From Reclinomonas americana ATCC 50394 (lineage: Eukaryota): DNA of 61,848 nt. The stretch lies in NCBI GenBank assembly GCA_048213135.1, contig PS015384.1, positions 1-61,848 on the forward strand, in the 5' to 3' direction. Position 1 is the stretch's first letter. Every line of letters starts with the position of its first letter. Made by a program: the position numbers and the translations under genes. The notes below the pieces were generated by a model that saw nothing but the letters and a program-made list of their open reading frames with translations, had not been told where the DNA came from and ran no database searches. Below, piece by piece: positions 61,763 to 61,848 of the stretch.

Positions 61763-61848
61763 GCTGCGTGCTATGCGTGCAATCGTGTGTAGGACGACGA
61801 AGACGGACCAAACATTGCATTGTCGCTTACACTCCCGCTCCCCTGTCC

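Noticed and set aside
1-61848. Prokaryotic-type systems (CRISPR array, operon, defence island, IS element)
   Set aside because: The DNA is eukaryotic and intron-rich; I saw no regularly spaced direct repeats, transposase, integrase or reverse transcriptase motifs.
1-61848. Alternative genetic code suggested by the many short ORFs
   Set aside because: Every in-frame stop I examined in conserved genes is removed by an intron, and TGA (CFAP74), TAG (kinase, MNS1) and TAA (ZNHIT1, INTS11) all end genes.
1-61848. Introner-like mobile introns as the source of the repeated GTTGCGT donor
   Set aside because: Beyond the first 7 nt the introns share no visible similarity, terminal inverted repeats or target duplications. 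An all-versus-all intron alignment would be needed to exclude old families.

Overview
This is eukaryotic, gene-dense, GC-rich genomic DNA with six assembly gaps. It comes from a flagellated microbial eukaryote (CFAP74, MNS1 and a TPGS1-like gene are present); I cannot name the lineage. About 21 protein-coding genes are split by very many short (mostly ~55-100 nt) spliceosomal introns, so most entries in the ORF track are exon/intron fragments or antisense shadows. I rebuilt gene models by hand from reading frame, splice dinucleotides and remembered family motifs. Recognisable genes: CFAP74, a UBA-SAM-like-STE11-type kinase, a LysM/UBA-like/CAAX protein, a C2H2 + double TALE homeodomain factor, WDR43/UTP5, an LRR/coiled-coil protein, TPGS1-like, an SLC43-type MFS transporter, EI24, a PEDS1/TMEM189-family desaturase, ZNHIT1/SWC6, PSME4/PA200, an EXPERA protein, an F-box/LRR protein, an SRF-type MADS factor, MNS1 and INTS11. 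The most striking signal is in splicing. At least 28 donors read GTT-NN-GT (18 are exactly GTTGCGT), which is the usual donor motif displaced by one nucleotide, and 27 of the 28 follow an exon that does not end in G. There is also one AT-AC U12-type intron in PSME4 and two GC-AG introns. Intergenic spacers are extremely short (39-69 nt in several cases). I saw no rRNA, tRNA, CRISPR array or mobile element.
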